Source: an uncultured Planctomycetia bacterium (GTDB lineage: Bacteria > Omnitrophota > Gorgyraeia > 2-01-FULL-45-10). From it: a stretch of DNA of 64,000 nucleotides. This document shows, one piece after another, positions 17,576 through 27,128 of the stretch. The stretch covers positions 64,672 to 128,671 of the forward strand of contig CAYGRZ010000001.1 in the NCBI GenBank assembly GCA_964352425.1. Reading direction: 5' to 3'. How positions within the stretch are numbered: position 1 is the stretch's first letter; every line of letters begins with the position of its first letter. The translations under genes and the position numbers were made by a program. The notes below the pieces were generated by a model. It worked only from the letters and a program-made list of their open reading frames with translations. It was not told where the DNA came from and ran no database searches.

Positions 17576-18217
17576 ATGGAAGAAGAAAAATATCAGAAAG
17601 ACCTGTTCGAGTTCGAAGAACCGAAGCGGTCATTTTCAAAGCTGACCAGCATACTGCCGAAGGCCGACCTCGAAGGACGGATGGTAATGACGTTCACGAT
17701 GGAGAAGATGGTCTTTATCTCCATCGGTATCGTGATGGCGATGGTCGTCGTCTTTGCCCTGGGCGTGGAAAACGGCAAGGCGCGCGCGAAGTCAGGCGCT
17801 CCCGCCGTGCGGAAGGCAGCCGCACCGAAGGCGCCGGTCCTGCAGGCCAAAGCCGTCGGACCCGTCACGGTGCCGGCGGCCGTTCGGAGCCGGGCGGCAA
17901 TTATCGGTCAGAAGAGCATCCTCAACACATCGCCGGTCGGCGCTGCTACACCGGCCGCGGCCACGCAAAAAACCGCCGCTGCGGCAGATGTCCCCACGCC
18001 GTATTCTGTGCTCGCCGCCAGCTTCCTCAAGAGGGATACGGCACAGGCGACACTGACGATGCTGCGCAAAGAGGGCTTGAGCGCGTTCATTATATATTCC
18101 GAGCCTTACTACAGGGTGTACGTCGGGCTGTACGCCGACAGGGCAAACGAGCAGGCCCGTAAGGACCTGGCGAGAGTAAAGCGAACCTTCAGAGACGCGC
18201 TTATTAAACTTCGATAA
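17576..18217 (+). CDS. SPOR-domain protein with one TM helix
   Basis: C-terminal YSVLAASFLKRDTAQATLTMLRKEGLSAFII...YYRVYVGLY matches the SPOR fold; Ala/Pro-rich linker. Confidence 0.8.
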   Translation: MEEEKYQKDLFEFEEPKRSFSKLTSILPKADLEGRMVMTFTMEKMVFISIGIVMAMVVVFALGVENGKARAKSGAPAVRKAAAPKAPVLQAKAVGPVTVPAAVRSRAAIIGQKSILNTSPVGAATPAAATQKTAAAADVPTPYSVLAASFLKRDTAQATLTMLRKEGLSAFIIYSEPYYRVYVGLYADRANEQARKDLARVKRTFRDALIKLR

Positions 18218-18253
18218 CGGTTATAACGGAAGACAGTAGAAGTCCTTCGGCGG

Positions 18254-18288
18254 GCTCAGGACATATATCCTGAGCGAAGTCGAAGGAT
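18254..18288. repeat. overlapping alternative hairpins: GCTCAGGA-catata-TCCTGAGC (18254-18275) and ATCC-tgagcgaagtcgaa-GGAT (18267-18288)
   Basis: Sits immediately 5' of the RBS (agaaggagg) of the 18302 gene; the conserved loop-family member shares CCTGAGC with a mutually exclusive upstream stem. Confidence 0.5.
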
Positions 18289-18301
18289 AGAAGGAGGAAC
18301 C

Positions 18302-18628
18302 ATGTCGCAACATCCGAGCCTGCGGTCATCAGAGAAGGATAAAAAGCACAGATCCGTGCTGAAGAGGTACGAAAGGGTCAAGCTCCTGAAAGAGAAGGAC
18401 AAGTGGGAAGAGAAGAAGGATTCGGTCTACGGCCTTCCGAAGGTCAAGATCATCCGCTTCAAGATCAAAAAAGAGAAGGCCGCCGCAGCGGCAGTCGAAG
18501 GCGCCGAAGGCGCGGCAGTACCGGGCGCAGCACCGGCAGTACCGGGCGCAGCGCCTGTCAAGGCGGCAGCTCCGGGCAAAGAAGCAGCAAAGCCGGCCGC
18601 TCCGGAGTCGAAGAAGCCTGCGAAATAA
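18302..18628 (+). CDS. small basic Lys/Ala/Pro-rich protein (hypothetical, possibly nucleic-acid binding)
   Basis: 108 aa with a strong AGGAGG RBS; K/E-rich N-terminal half and an Ala/Pro/Lys low-complexity tail. Confidence 0.6.
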   Translation: MSQHPSLRSSEKDKKHRSVLKRYERVKLLKEKDKWEEKKDSVYGLPKVKIIRFKIKKEKAAAAAVEGAEGAAVPGAAPAVPGAAPVKAAAPGKEAAKPAAPESKKPAK

Positions 18629-18635
18629 GAGACGC

Positions 18636-19727
18636 ATGAAGACGATACGAGTTGCCTTACGGTCGAGGTCGTACGATATATGTATCGGGAGCGGCCTGCT
18701 GAAGACCTGCGGGGCCGCTCTGAAAAAATTACGCATCGGCACCGATGCCGTCGTGATAACGAACAGGCGGCTCTGGGGCCTCTACGGGAAACGGCTGCAG
18801 GCAACGCTGCGGCGTAACGGATTCTCCGTCCGCTTCGAGATAGTCCCCGACTCAGAAAAAGCAAAATCGGTCCGTATAGCCGCGAAACTGTTGACGGCCC
18901 TGGCGGAGTACGACGTGCGCAGGCGCGTCTTCATCATCGCGCTCGGCGGCGGCGTTGTCGGCGATCTCGCCGGATTCGTCGCTGCCACGTACAAGAGAGG
19001 CATACCGTACGTCCAGATACCGACGACGCTGCTCGCGCAGGTCGATTCGGCGATCGGCGGCAAAGTCGCGATCGACCTCGCGGTCGCAAAGAACCTCGCA
19101 GGAGCATTCTACCAGCCGCGTATAGTCATCTCGGATATTTCTCTGGTCAAAACTCTCCCGCCGCGTCAGGTAAGGAGCGGCATTGCCGAGATCATCAAAT
19201 ACGGCGTTATAAAGGATCCGAAACTGTTCCGGTTCCTCGAAACCGGCTACAGGGAGGTGTTGAAGCTCGACACAGGCACGCTCGAATACGTGATCGCGGC
19301 CTCCAGCAGGATAAAGGCTGCGGTGGTGGCGAAAGATGAATTTGACAGGACCGGCGCGAGGGCCATCCTGAACTACGGCCATACGATAGGCCACGCGATA
19401 GAAGCCGCTTCCGGATACTCGGACCGGTTCAGCCATGGCGAGGCGGTGGCGATAGGCATGGCCGCGGCCTCGCGGATATCGGCCTCACTCGGGATATTTA
19501 AAGAGGCGGACGCCGACCGTATCGAGGCGCTTTTGAAGAAAACAGGCCTTCCGGTAAAGGCGGAAGGCCTGAAGCCTGCGGCCGTGTACGGCTCACACCT
19601 GCACGATAAAAAATTTATCCGCGGCACGAACCGGTTCGTCCTGCCCGTTAAGATCGGTTCCGTCAGGGTCGTCGAAGGCGTACCCGAGCGTATCGTCAAA
19701 TCGGTTATCAGGGATCTTGTCCGGTGA
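18636..19727 (+). CDS. aroB: 3-dehydroquinate synthase
   Basis: GGGVVGDLAGFVAATYKRGIPYVQIPTTLLAQVDSAIGGK. Confidence 0.9.
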   Translation: MKTIRVALRSRSYDICIGSGLLKTCGAALKKLRIGTDAVVITNRRLWGLYGKRLQATLRRNGFSVRFEIVPDSEKAKSVRIAAKLLTALAEYDVRRRVFIIALGGGVVGDLAGFVAATYKRGIPYVQIPTTLLAQVDSAIGGKVAIDLAVAKNLAGAFYQPRIVISDISLVKTLPPRQVRSGIAEIIKYGVIKDPKLFRFLETGYREVLKLDTGTLEYVIAASSRIKAAVVAKDEFDRTGARAILNYGHTIGHAIEAASGYSDRFSHGEAVAIGMAAASRISASLGIFKEADADRIEALLKKTGLPVKAEGLKPAAVYGSHLHDKKFIRGTNRFVLPVKIGSVRVVEGVPERIVKSVIRDLVR

Positions 19728-19760
19728 TCGCCGAAATACACATATCCACAAGGGGGTCGT

Positions 19761-20222
19761 ATGGCACATGAGTTGCGCGCTTTTAAGAAGGAAGACGCCG
19801 AAGGCGTGAAGGAACTGATATTGACTATCCTTACCAGGGAATACCCGTTCGACAAGTCGGCATATTCCGACAGCGACCTCGAGAGGATCGGCGAGACGTA
19901 TGGCGCCGGGAAGGACGCCTTCTTCGTCGTCGAGGACGACGGCGAGATAGTCGGCACGATCGGCGTGAAGGGGGAGTCGGACGAGGACGCGCTGCTGCGC
20001 AGGCTCTTCGTCAACCCGAAGCACCGCAAGCACGGTTACGGCAGCGCGCTGCTGGAGAAGGCGGTCGATTTCTGCATCAAGAACGGCTACAAGCGAATAT
20101 TCTTCCGGTGCACCGACAGGATGTCGGACGCGATGAAGCTCTGCATCAAGAAAGGGTTCAGGAAGGCCGAAAGCCTTGCGGTGAGCGGTTTCAATATCCA
20201 CAAGCTGGAGATCGACCTTTAA
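19761..20222 (+). CDS. GNAT-family N-acetyltransferase
   Basis: RRLFVNPKHRKHGYGSALLEKAV acetyl-CoA binding motif. Confidence 0.8.
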   Translation: MAHELRAFKKEDAEGVKELILTILTREYPFDKSAYSDSDLERIGETYGAGKDAFFVVEDDGEIVGTIGVKGESDEDALLRRLFVNPKHRKHGYGSALLEKAVDFCIKNGYKRIFFRCTDRMSDAMKLCIKKGFRKAESLAVSGFNIHKLEIDL

Positions 20223-20644
20223 TGAAGGTCCACGAGACCGAGATCCGCGTCAGGTACCAGGAGACGGACAATATGGGCGTCGTGTACTACGCGAATTACC
20301 TCGTCTGGTTCGAGGTGGCGCGGACCGAATACATGCGCGCCTCAGGCATCTGCTACCGTACGATGGAAGAGAAGGGGATGTACATGATGGTCGCCGAGGC
20401 CCGCTGCCGGTATAAGGCACCCGCCCGATACGACGATATGGTCAAGATCCAGGCCTGGATATCGAAGATAAAAAATTCAAGCATGCAGTTCGAGTACAAA
20501 CTATGTATCGGGGACAAGCTTATTGCTACGGGCGAGTCGGTCCATGTATTTACGGGCCGTTCCGGAAGGCCCATGAGGATCCCCGAAGATATCAGAAGGC
20601 TTTGCAGGGAGGACGGTACCCCCCGCACGATCATTTCAGGTTGA
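20222..20644 (+). CDS. YbgC/4HBT-family acyl-CoA thioesterase
   Basis: MKVHETEIRVRYQETDNMGVVYYANYLVWFEVAR hot-dog fold; TAATG overlap with the GNAT stop. Confidence 0.85.
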   Translation: MKVHETEIRVRYQETDNMGVVYYANYLVWFEVARTEYMRASGICYRTMEEKGMYMMVAEARCRYKAPARYDDMVKIQAWISKIKNSSMQFEYKLCIGDKLIATGESVHVFTGRSGRPMRIPEDIRRLCREDGTPRTIISG

Positions 20645-21185
20645 GCGTTATCTCAACATCATTATAGACGAGCACGACGCTTTTCCTGTCTATCCTGACC
20701 ACCTTCGCGCCGCTGGCATATTCTCCGACTTCGACCATCGCATTATTGACTATCGCGCGCGGGCCTTCCTCGAGATACATGATCCCGTTCAATACCAGCT
20801 TCGGGGCTGTCGAGGCGAGCTCGGCGGCTTGCCGGGCGGTGGCTTGCGCCTCAACGCCGGCGGACTGGTCCAGTTCGGCCTTCGGCAGCGCCCTGTAGCG
20901 AACTTCCTGCGCGGGCGGCGTGGGCGCCTGGGCCCCCGCGTCCCGGCCGGGGCGTGTCGCGACGAGCGGCCCAAGCGATAATGAGACGAGCGCTATCGCG
21001 GCGATCAGCAGGGCCGTTGAAACCAGGATAATGGATTTCGGCAGCGGCTTCGCTTTCGCTGGCGCAGGCGCCTTGTGAGGCGCCTGTCCGGCCTCAACAG
21101 CCTTCGTCTGGCAGGGCGCGGCCTTCGATGCACCAATGCCGATGGCACCCTGAGCTTTCTTCAGCGCTTCCTGTATGATACTCAT
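20631..21185 (-). CDS. ExeB/GspB-like secretion-system protein (TM anchor plus C-terminal domain)
   Basis: Internal Met of ORF 20631..21287; TM helix IILVSTALLIAAIALVSL; translationally coupled (ATGA) to the ExeA-like ATPase. Confidence 0.6.
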   Translation of the reverse strand: MSIIQEALKKAQGAIGIGASKAAPCQTKAVEAGQAPHKAPAPAKAKPLPKSIILVSTALLIAAIALVSLSLGPLVATRPGRDAGAQAPTPPAQEVRYRALPKAELDQSAGVEAQATARQAAELASTAPKLVLNGIMYLEEGPRAIVNNAMVEVGEYASGAKVVRIDRKSVVLVYNDVEITLNLK

Positions 21186-21997
21186 CTTCCTATATTTCCT
21201 TCCATCTCCTGGATGCTCTTTTCGATTATCGGCAATGTTATCGTGCGCGTCTCCATCACGTAGGCGGTGAGCATCGATTTGTCGCACACCATGTTTATGA
21301 TCCGCGGTATGCCTCCCGTAAACCGGTAGACGCAGTCGATCGCTTCAGGAGTGAATGATATCTGGCCCGTCGCGCCGGCGACGGTGAGCCGGTGGTTGAT
21401 ATAGTCTCCGACCTCGTCTTTCTCGAGAGGCGTTATATGAAACCTCACCGCGATGCGCTGGCGCAGCTGCTTCAGGCTCGGCGAACTCAGCTTGTTCTTC
21501 AGTTCCGGCTGGCCCACGAGGATTATCTGGAACAGCTTCTCCTTATCCGTCTCGAGGTTGGAGAGCATGCGAATCTCTTCGAGGATCGAGGCTTTGAGGT
21601 TCTGCGCCTCGTCTATTATGAGGATGACATTGTTGCCCCTGGTCAACTCTTCGATAAGGAAGTTATTCAGCTGTTTGATCAGCGCGACCTTGGTCTTCTT
21701 CGTGACGACCATCCCGTAATCTTCGAGTATCGCCTGCAGGAGCTGCATTTCGGGAAGCGTGGAATTGAAGATGAAGGCGCTCTTTGTGTTCCGGTCGAGC
21801 TTGCTTAAGAGCGCCCTGCAGAGCGTCGTCTTGCCGGCGCCGATCTCGCCGGTTATCTCGATAAAACCCTTGCGCTCCTTTATGCCGTACAGCAGGTGGG
21901 AGAAGGCCTCCCGGTGCACGCGGCTTAAGTAAAGGAAGTTCGGGTCGCTCGTTATGTTGAATGGCTTTTCTTTGAGGCCGAAAAATTCTCTATACAT
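21182..21997 (-). CDS. ExeA/GspA/MshM-like AAA ATPase
   Basis: FGLKEKPFNITSDPNFLYLSRVHREA...GEIGAGKTTLCRAL...IIDEAQNL. Confidence 0.85.
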   Translation of the reverse strand: MYREFFGLKEKPFNITSDPNFLYLSRVHREAFSHLLYGIKERKGFIEITGEIGAGKTTLCRALLSKLDRNTKSAFIFNSTLPEMQLLQAILEDYGMVVTKKTKVALIKQLNNFLIEELTRGNNVILIIDEAQNLKASILEEIRMLSNLETDKEKLFQIILVGQPELKNKLSSPSLKQLRQRIAVRFHITPLEKDEVGDYINHRLTVAGATGQISFTPEAIDCVYRFTGGIPRIINMVCDKSMLTAYVMETRTITLPIIEKSIQEMEGNIGR

Positions 21998-22119
21998 TGG
22001 CGTGTTTAATTATACACCTGCCTTCAGCGCATTGTAAATATATTATTTCGGAGAATTGACTTGCATTTATAACGGGCCTTATGTATAATACTCACGAAAA
22101 ATCGGAGGAGCGCTATTGT

Positions 22120-22491
22120 ATGTGGAACGGCATCAACAGAAGAAGATTCCCGAGAGCAAATTACAAATGCCTCATATCGATAAAGAAGAGGCTCACGTCG
22201 AAGACCATATCGACGCATACCGAGAATATCGGCGCAGGCGGCATCTGCGTACTACTGAAGGAAGACCTCGGCCTGTTCCAGGGTGTTGATATCGAACTCT
22301 ATCTTGATGAAGCGAAGCCGCCGATAAAGAGCGGCGGTACGATCGTCTGGGTCGTGAAGAAGTCCGAGCCGAAGCAGAAGGGCGTCTACATGTACGACAC
22401 CGGCGTGGAGTTCATCGATATTCGCCCGGAAGACCGCGAGAAGATCACCGGGATCGTGGAAAACATACTGAAGGCGCGCAGACAAAAATAG
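22120..22491 (+). CDS. PilZ-domain protein (c-di-GMP receptor)
   Basis: RRRFPR (RxxxR) and TENIGAGGI (DxSxGG) PilZ motifs; GGAGGAG RBS before the ATG at 22120. Confidence 0.75.
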   Translation: MWNGINRRRFPRANYKCLISIKKRLTSKTISTHTENIGAGGICVLLKEDLGLFQGVDIELYLDEAKPPIKSGGTIVWVVKKSEPKQKGVYMYDTGVEFIDIRPEDREKITGIVENILKARRQK

Positions 22492-22511
22492 CATGTAAAT
22501 GCTATAAATAC

Positions 22512-22540
22512 TTGACAAGCGGGTGTTGGTGTGTTATACT
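22512..22540 (+). promoter_or_regulatory. sigma70-like promoter (TTGACA-17-TATACT)
   Basis: Near-consensus -35 and -10 with a 17-nt spacer, ~30 nt upstream of the 22572 RBS. Confidence 0.45.
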
Positions 22541-22571
22541 TAAGCAAATTCAGAATGGGGGGAGGTGACAG

Positions 22572-22904
22572 ATGATGAAGATGGTTAAGGGTATTATTAT
22601 ACTTGTTGCTATATTGATGGTTCTGAATATAGCGACAGCTAGTTACGCTCAGGATATGGGTAAGAAGCTCTACAGAGGTCTTGCTAACGTGGTGACCGGA
22701 TGGGTCGAGCTTCCGAAGAATATCTATGACACTAGCGTAGAGGACAACGTGCTCTCTGGTCTGACTGTCGGCTTAGCGAAAGGCGTTGGGATGACGATCG
22801 TGCGCACTGGCGCAGGAGTGTATGAAACAGCTACATTCCCGTTCCCCATACCGGAAGGCTATTGCCCGGTGTTAGAGCCGGAGTTTGTGTTCAGGGGAAA
22901 ATAA
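22572..22904 (+). CDS. small secreted protein (hypothetical, signal peptide)
   Basis: MMKMVKGIIILVAILMVLNIATASYA signal peptide; GGGGGAGGTGA RBS. Confidence 0.65.
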   Translation: MMKMVKGIIILVAILMVLNIATASYAQDMGKKLYRGLANVVTGWVELPKNIYDTSVEDNVLSGLTVGLAKGVGMTIVRTGAGVYETATFPFPIPEGYCPVLEPEFVFRGK

Positions 22905-22930
22905 TCCACAAGATTATATTTTCCGGAAAT

Positions 22931-22969
22931 AAGGGGATAGAAAGAACACTTTTTATCCCCTTATTTTTT
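22931..22969 (+). terminator. rho-independent terminator
   Basis: AAGGGGATA-13-TATCCCCTT stem followed by ATTTTTTAT. Confidence 0.55.
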
Positions 22970-23004
22970 ATACCGCCTGTATAACCCGCGCCAAGAGGAC
23001 TTAC

Positions 23005-23349
23005 GTGACCGAAAGAAGAAGGTTTTTAAGGTTTGAGACTGCCCTAAGCGCCATCTGCGATATCCTTCACGAGAAAAGCAAGGCCGCTTCCAGGGTAAAA
23101 AATATATCGAAGGAAGGCGCTCTGCTCGTCATCGACAAGAAGCTGAGAGAAGGCGACGAAATAAACCTCGCCGTTGATGTGCCCGGAGATAATGTCCCGA
23201 TATTCGCGACGTGCCAGGTTGCGTGGCAGAAGAACGCCGAGACAAATTATGAGACCGGCGTGAAGTTCACCAAGATCGCTAATTCCGATAAAGGCAGGCT
23301 TTTAGAATATATATATTTACAGTGGTTGAGGTTCCTGGACAGAGAGTAA
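23005..23349 (+). CDS. PilZ-domain protein
   Basis: RRRFLRF and NISKEGA PilZ motifs. Confidence 0.75.
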   Translation: MTERRRFLRFETALSAICDILHEKSKAASRVKNISKEGALLVIDKKLREGDEINLAVDVPGDNVPIFATCQVAWQKNAETNYETGVKFTKIANSDKGRLLEYIYLQWLRFLDRE

Positions 23350-23369
23350 CAAACACAAAACGGTGAGGT

Positions 23370-23732
23370 ATGGCGGAAGAAAAAAAAGAAGAACGGAAAG
23401 CAGAAACTCCAGCGCAGCCAACGGCCGCCGAAGCGCCCAAGGCAGAAGCGCCCAAGCAGGAAGCGCCTGCTGCAGCACCCGAGCCGCAGGCTCCGATGGC
23501 TGAGGCAGCTGGGCAGGCAGCGCCCGCAAACCCGGCGCCGGTCGCAAAGGAAGAGAAGAAGGAAACGGCGCCTGCGAAGAAAGAGAAGCCGGCGAACTGC
23601 GCGGGCTGCAAGAAGTCGATAAAGAAGAAGCGCTGGTATTACAGGGACGGCAACTACTATTGCACCAAGCGGTGCTGGACATCGGCGAAGAAGAAGGCGG
23701 AGATACCGCAAGAGACCGCGCCGGCAAGCTGA
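23370..23732 (+). CDS. Ala/Pro/Glu/Lys-rich protein with a C-terminal zinc-ribbon-like Cys motif
   Basis: Low-complexity N-terminus; CAGCKK...YYCTKRCW. Confidence 0.55.
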   Translation: MAEEKKEERKAETPAQPTAAEAPKAEAPKQEAPAAAPEPQAPMAEAAGQAAPANPAPVAKEEKKETAPAKKEKPANCAGCKKSIKKKRWYYRDGNYYCTKRCWTSAKKKAEIPQETAPAS

Positions 23733-23738
23733 TAGATT

Positions 23739-24299
23739 ATGTCGAAGGTGCAGATCCCACCCAACGAAGCCCTTTATCCGGTTCCCGTTGTCCTCGTAAG
23801 CTGCCTGGACAAAGCCAATAAGAGAGCCAACGTCATAACGATAGCGTGGTGCGGCATCGTGGCGTCGCAGCCGCCGCAGATATCGGTTTCGATCCGGCCA
23901 TCGCGCCATTCCCACGCCCTGATAACAGCCGAGAGATCGTTCGTCATAAACATCCCCACAAGCCGGATCATGGAAAAGGCCGACCTCTGCGGCATCCTTT
24001 CCGGGAAAGAGACCGATAAGTTCAAGGCCTGCTCGTTCACCGCCATCCCGGCATCAAAGGTATCCGCCCCGATGATACAAGAGTGCCCTGTCAATATCGA
24101 ATGCAAGCTTAAGGAAGTGCTGAAGCTCGGCTCCCATGACGTCTTCATCGGCGAGGTCGTGGCCGTCCACGCCGATCAGTCCGTCGTCAATAACAAGGGC
24201 CGCATCGACTACGGCAAGACTGAGCCATTCGTCTTCAACCAGGGCGAATACTGGGACCTCGGCAAAAAGATCGGCTCCTATGGCTGCTCCTCAAAATAG
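23739..24299 (+). CDS. flavin reductase-like (FMN-binding split-barrel) protein
   Basis: VVLVSC...NVITIAWCGIV...FVINIPT pattern typical of flavin reductase domains. Confidence 0.8.
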   Translation: MSKVQIPPNEALYPVPVVLVSCLDKANKRANVITIAWCGIVASQPPQISVSIRPSRHSHALITAERSFVINIPTSRIMEKADLCGILSGKETDKFKACSFTAIPASKVSAPMIQECPVNIECKLKEVLKLGSHDVFIGEVVAVHADQSVVNNKGRIDYGKTEPFVFNQGEYWDLGKKIGSYGCSSK

Positions 24300-24777
24300 A
24301 GACGCCCGAAAGAGACCCTCCTATATATTCCTGGTCAGCGCCTGCCTCGCAGGCATACACTGTACTTATAAAGGAAAGAATAAGCTGGACAGGCGCGTCA
24401 GGAGACTCGCGGACCTTGGCCTCGCCCTGCCCGTGTGCCCGGAAGTGATGGGCGGCTCATCGGCTCCCCGCCAGACGTGCGAGATAGTCGGCGGAGACGG
24501 CGCCGACGTGCTCGACAAAAAGGCGAGAGTGGTAACGCCCTCGGGGCAGGACATTTCGCGCATAGTGCTCAAAGGCGCCCGCGAGGCGTTGCGGATGGCA
24601 CAGAGATGCGGGATAAAGAAGGCCATACTGAAGTCAAAAAGCCCGTCATGCGGATGCGGCCATATATATGACGGGACATTCACCCGCCGCCTGAAGAAGG
24701 GTGACGGCGTAATGGCAGCGCTGCTGCGCCGCAACCATATCAGGGTATATACCGAAAAGGACAAAGCGCATGCCTAG
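24280..24777 (+). CDS. DUF523-family protein (TudS-like Fe-S protein)
   Basis: YIFLVSACLAGIHCTYKG...PVCPEV...SPSCG Cys motifs of DUF523; start overlaps the upstream gene by 20 nt. Confidence 0.7.
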   Translation: MAAPQNRDARKRPSYIFLVSACLAGIHCTYKGKNKLDRRVRRLADLGLALPVCPEVMGGSSAPRQTCEIVGGDGADVLDKKARVVTPSGQDISRIVLKGAREALRMAQRCGIKKAILKSKSPSCGCGHIYDGTFTRRLKKGDGVMAALLRRNHIRVYTEKDKAHA

Positions 24778-25846
24778 CAAAGTATACTACATACAATCGG
24801 ATGCCTCAGACTCGGTGACATCAGTATCTGAGAAACTGGCGAAGCTGATCGATACAAGCGGCGTCCTCGGCTGTATACAGAAGGACGATTTTACGGCCAT
24901 CAAGATGCACTTCGGCGATGAGGGCAACACAGGGCATATCAGGCATGAATGGGCACGCGAGGCCGCACGGCACGTCAGCAGGAAGACGGCCAACGCCTTC
25001 CTGGCCGACTCGAATGTAATATACAAGATCGGTAAGCGCGCTCATTCGGTAGAGCATCTGAAGATCGCCAACGAGCACGGGTTTAACCTGAACAATATCG
25101 GCCTGCCCATCCTGATAGCGGACGGGCTGCGCGGCAGGAACTTTGTCGAGGTGCCGGTTGACGGAAAGCATTTCAGCAAAGTTAAGATAGCTTCTGACTT
25201 TGCCGACTGTGACAGCATCATCGCGATGTCGCACATGACCGGCCATATAGTGACCGGCATGGGCTGCGCTATCAAGAACATCGGCATGGGCTGCGCGGCC
25301 AGGCGCGGTAAATACGAACAGCACTGCGGGGCTGCTCCGGACGTGGTTCCTGAGCATTGTGTGGGTTGCGGAGCGTGCGTCAACGTCTGTCCTGCAGGCT
25401 GCCTGACGCTCAAGGGAAAGGTGATCTCCTTCGCAAAAGAGAAATGCCTGGGCTGCGGCGAGTGCGCAGTCGTATGCAAAACGAAGGCCATAGAGATACG
25501 GTGGAGCGAGACGCTTGAAAACCTGCAGGAAAAGATGGTAGAATATGCCTGCGGGCTGGTCAAGGCAGTACGCGGGAATCTCGGGTACATAAATTTCCTG
25601 ATCAAGGTGACGAAGGACTGCGACTGCCTGGCAAAGGACGATCCGAGGATCGTCCGGGACCTCGGGATCCTCGCATCCCGCGATCCGGTCGCTATCGATA
25701 CGGCATCCGTGGACCTCATAGTGAAAGCGGCCGGCAGCGACGTCTTCAAGGCAGGGTATCCGGAGACGGACTGGTCAGTGCAGTTACAATACGCCGCCGC
25801 GTTCGGGCTCGGCAGCAGGGACTACGAATTAGAGGTAGTGAAATAA
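24770..25846 (+). CDS. DUF362-domain protein with an inserted 2x[4Fe-4S] ferredoxin module
   Basis: CVGCGACVNVCP and CLGCGECAVVC ferredoxin motifs inside a DUF362-like scaffold. Confidence 0.8.
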   Translation: MPSKVYYIQSDASDSVTSVSEKLAKLIDTSGVLGCIQKDDFTAIKMHFGDEGNTGHIRHEWAREAARHVSRKTANAFLADSNVIYKIGKRAHSVEHLKIANEHGFNLNNIGLPILIADGLRGRNFVEVPVDGKHFSKVKIASDFADCDSIIAMSHMTGHIVTGMGCAIKNIGMGCAARRGKYEQHCGAAPDVVPEHCVGCGACVNVCPAGCLTLKGKVISFAKEKCLGCGECAVVCKTKAIEIRWSETLENLQEKMVEYACGLVKAVRGNLGYINFLIKVTKDCDCLAKDDPRIVRDLGILASRDPVAIDTASVDLIVKAAGSDVFKAGYPETDWSVQLQYAAAFGLGSRDYELEVVK

Positions 25847-26196
25847 TGAATAAGGGCGACTGCATCTTCTGCAGGATCGTACGTAAAGAGATACCCGCCA
25901 CGATAGTCTTCGAAGATAAGACAACCCTGGCGTTCGAGGACGCCAAGCCGCAGGCGCCCGTACATATTCTCATCGTCCCGAAAAACCACATCGAGAAGAC
26001 CGCAGACCTCTCAAGCGCGGACATGCACATGATCGGTGAGCTCATCCTCACTGCGAAAGATATAGCGAAACAGCGGAATATCCAGGAATCGGGATACAGG
26101 ATCGTCCTGAATTGCAACCGGGACGCCGGCCAGGAGGTGTTCCATATACACCTGCACCTGCTCGGAGGCAGAAAATTCTCCTGGCCGCCGGGATAA
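25846..26196 (+). CDS. histidine-triad nucleotide-binding protein (HINT)
   Basis: CIFCRIV...HIHLHLLGG HIT motif; 116 aa. Confidence 0.85.
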   Translation: MNKGDCIFCRIVRKEIPATIVFEDKTTLAFEDAKPQAPVHILIVPKNHIEKTADLSSADMHMIGELILTAKDIAKQRNIQESGYRIVLNCNRDAGQEVFHIHLHLLGGRKFSWPPG

Positions 26197-26212
26197 TATA
26201 AGGAGTACCACA

Positions 26213-26587
26213 ATGGCTCAGCAAGAGAGAAGAAGGGCTCCCCGCATAGATGACGAGGAGTTGTCGCTGGAGCTGCACGCGGGTAATTTTGACGCGATGG
26301 CCCATACGCTGAACATCAGCGCGTCCGGCCTGTACTGCAAGGTCGACAGGGAGATGCCGCTGATGTCGAGGGTCAAGCTGATGTTGATGATCCCGGATCA
26401 GTCCGGCGCCGCCAAAGAGGTCAGGAATGTCGAAGTGGAGGGCGTGGTGGTCAGGGCCCATCCGGTGATCATCGACGGCCAGATCAAGCACTACGATGTC
26501 GCCATATTCTTCGACAGCCTCCCGCCGAAGGCCCGCGAGCTGATAGCGGGCTATATCGCCCGCAAAAAGGGCGGCGCCGGCAGGTAG
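26213..26587 (+). CDS. PilZ-domain protein
   Basis: RRRAPRI and LNISASGL PilZ motifs. Confidence 0.7.
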   Translation: MAQQERRRAPRIDDEELSLELHAGNFDAMAHTLNISASGLYCKVDREMPLMSRVKLMLMIPDQSGAAKEVRNVEVEGVVVRAHPVIIDGQIKHYDVAIFFDSLPPKARELIAGYIARKKGGAGR

Positions 26588-26600
26588 CGCGAATTTTAAG

Positions 26601-27128
26601 ATGGGCAAGATCGGGAAGCCGCACAAAGTCAAGCTGATCGTCGGATTGCTGTCGAACGATATCCCGGCGATCGAAAAGGCCACTATCCTACTGAAGAGGG
26701 AGTTCGGCAGGACGGACTTCGAAAGCGGGTGCCTTAACTTCACCCACACCGACTATTACGAAGGCGAGATGGGGACTTCCTTGAAGCGCAAATTCCTCAG
26801 CTTTGCAAAGCCGTTTAGTCTGGACCATATATGCGCGGCCAAGCTCAGGACCGACAGGCTGGAAAAGACCTTCATGCGCCGAGGCGGGCGCACGGTCAAC
26901 ATCGACCCCGGATACGTCGACTGTTCGAAGCTCGTGCTCTTCTCGACAAAAGATTATACTCACAGGATATACCTGGAGAAGGGGATTTTCGCGGAAGTCA
27001 CACTGTTCTATAAAGGCGGGACGTTCAAGGCCTGGCCGTGGACATATCCGGATTACAAGAGCGCCCCGTACATCGATATATTCAATTCGATCAGGGAGAT
27101 CTATACAACAGGGACCTCTCAGTGCTGA
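26601..27128 (+). CDS. conserved hypothetical protein (DUF4416-like)
   Basis: 175 aa ORF with an RBS; no recognisable catalytic motif. Confidence 0.65.
   Translation: MGKIGKPHKVKLIVGLLSNDIPAIEKATILLKREFGRTDFESGCLNFTHTDYYEGEMGTSLKRKFLSFAKPFSLDHICAAKLRTDRLEKTFMRRGGRTVNIDPGYVDCSKLVLFSTKDYTHRIYLEKGIFAEVTLFYKGGTFKAWPWTYPDYKSAPYIDIFNSIREIYTTGTSQC

Noticed and set aside
18302-18628. Calling the Lys/Ala-rich 108-aa protein a ribosomal protein (S20/S21-like) or histone H1-like protein.
   Set aside because: Composition is suggestive but no ribosomal-protein signature aligns; left as hypothetical basic protein.
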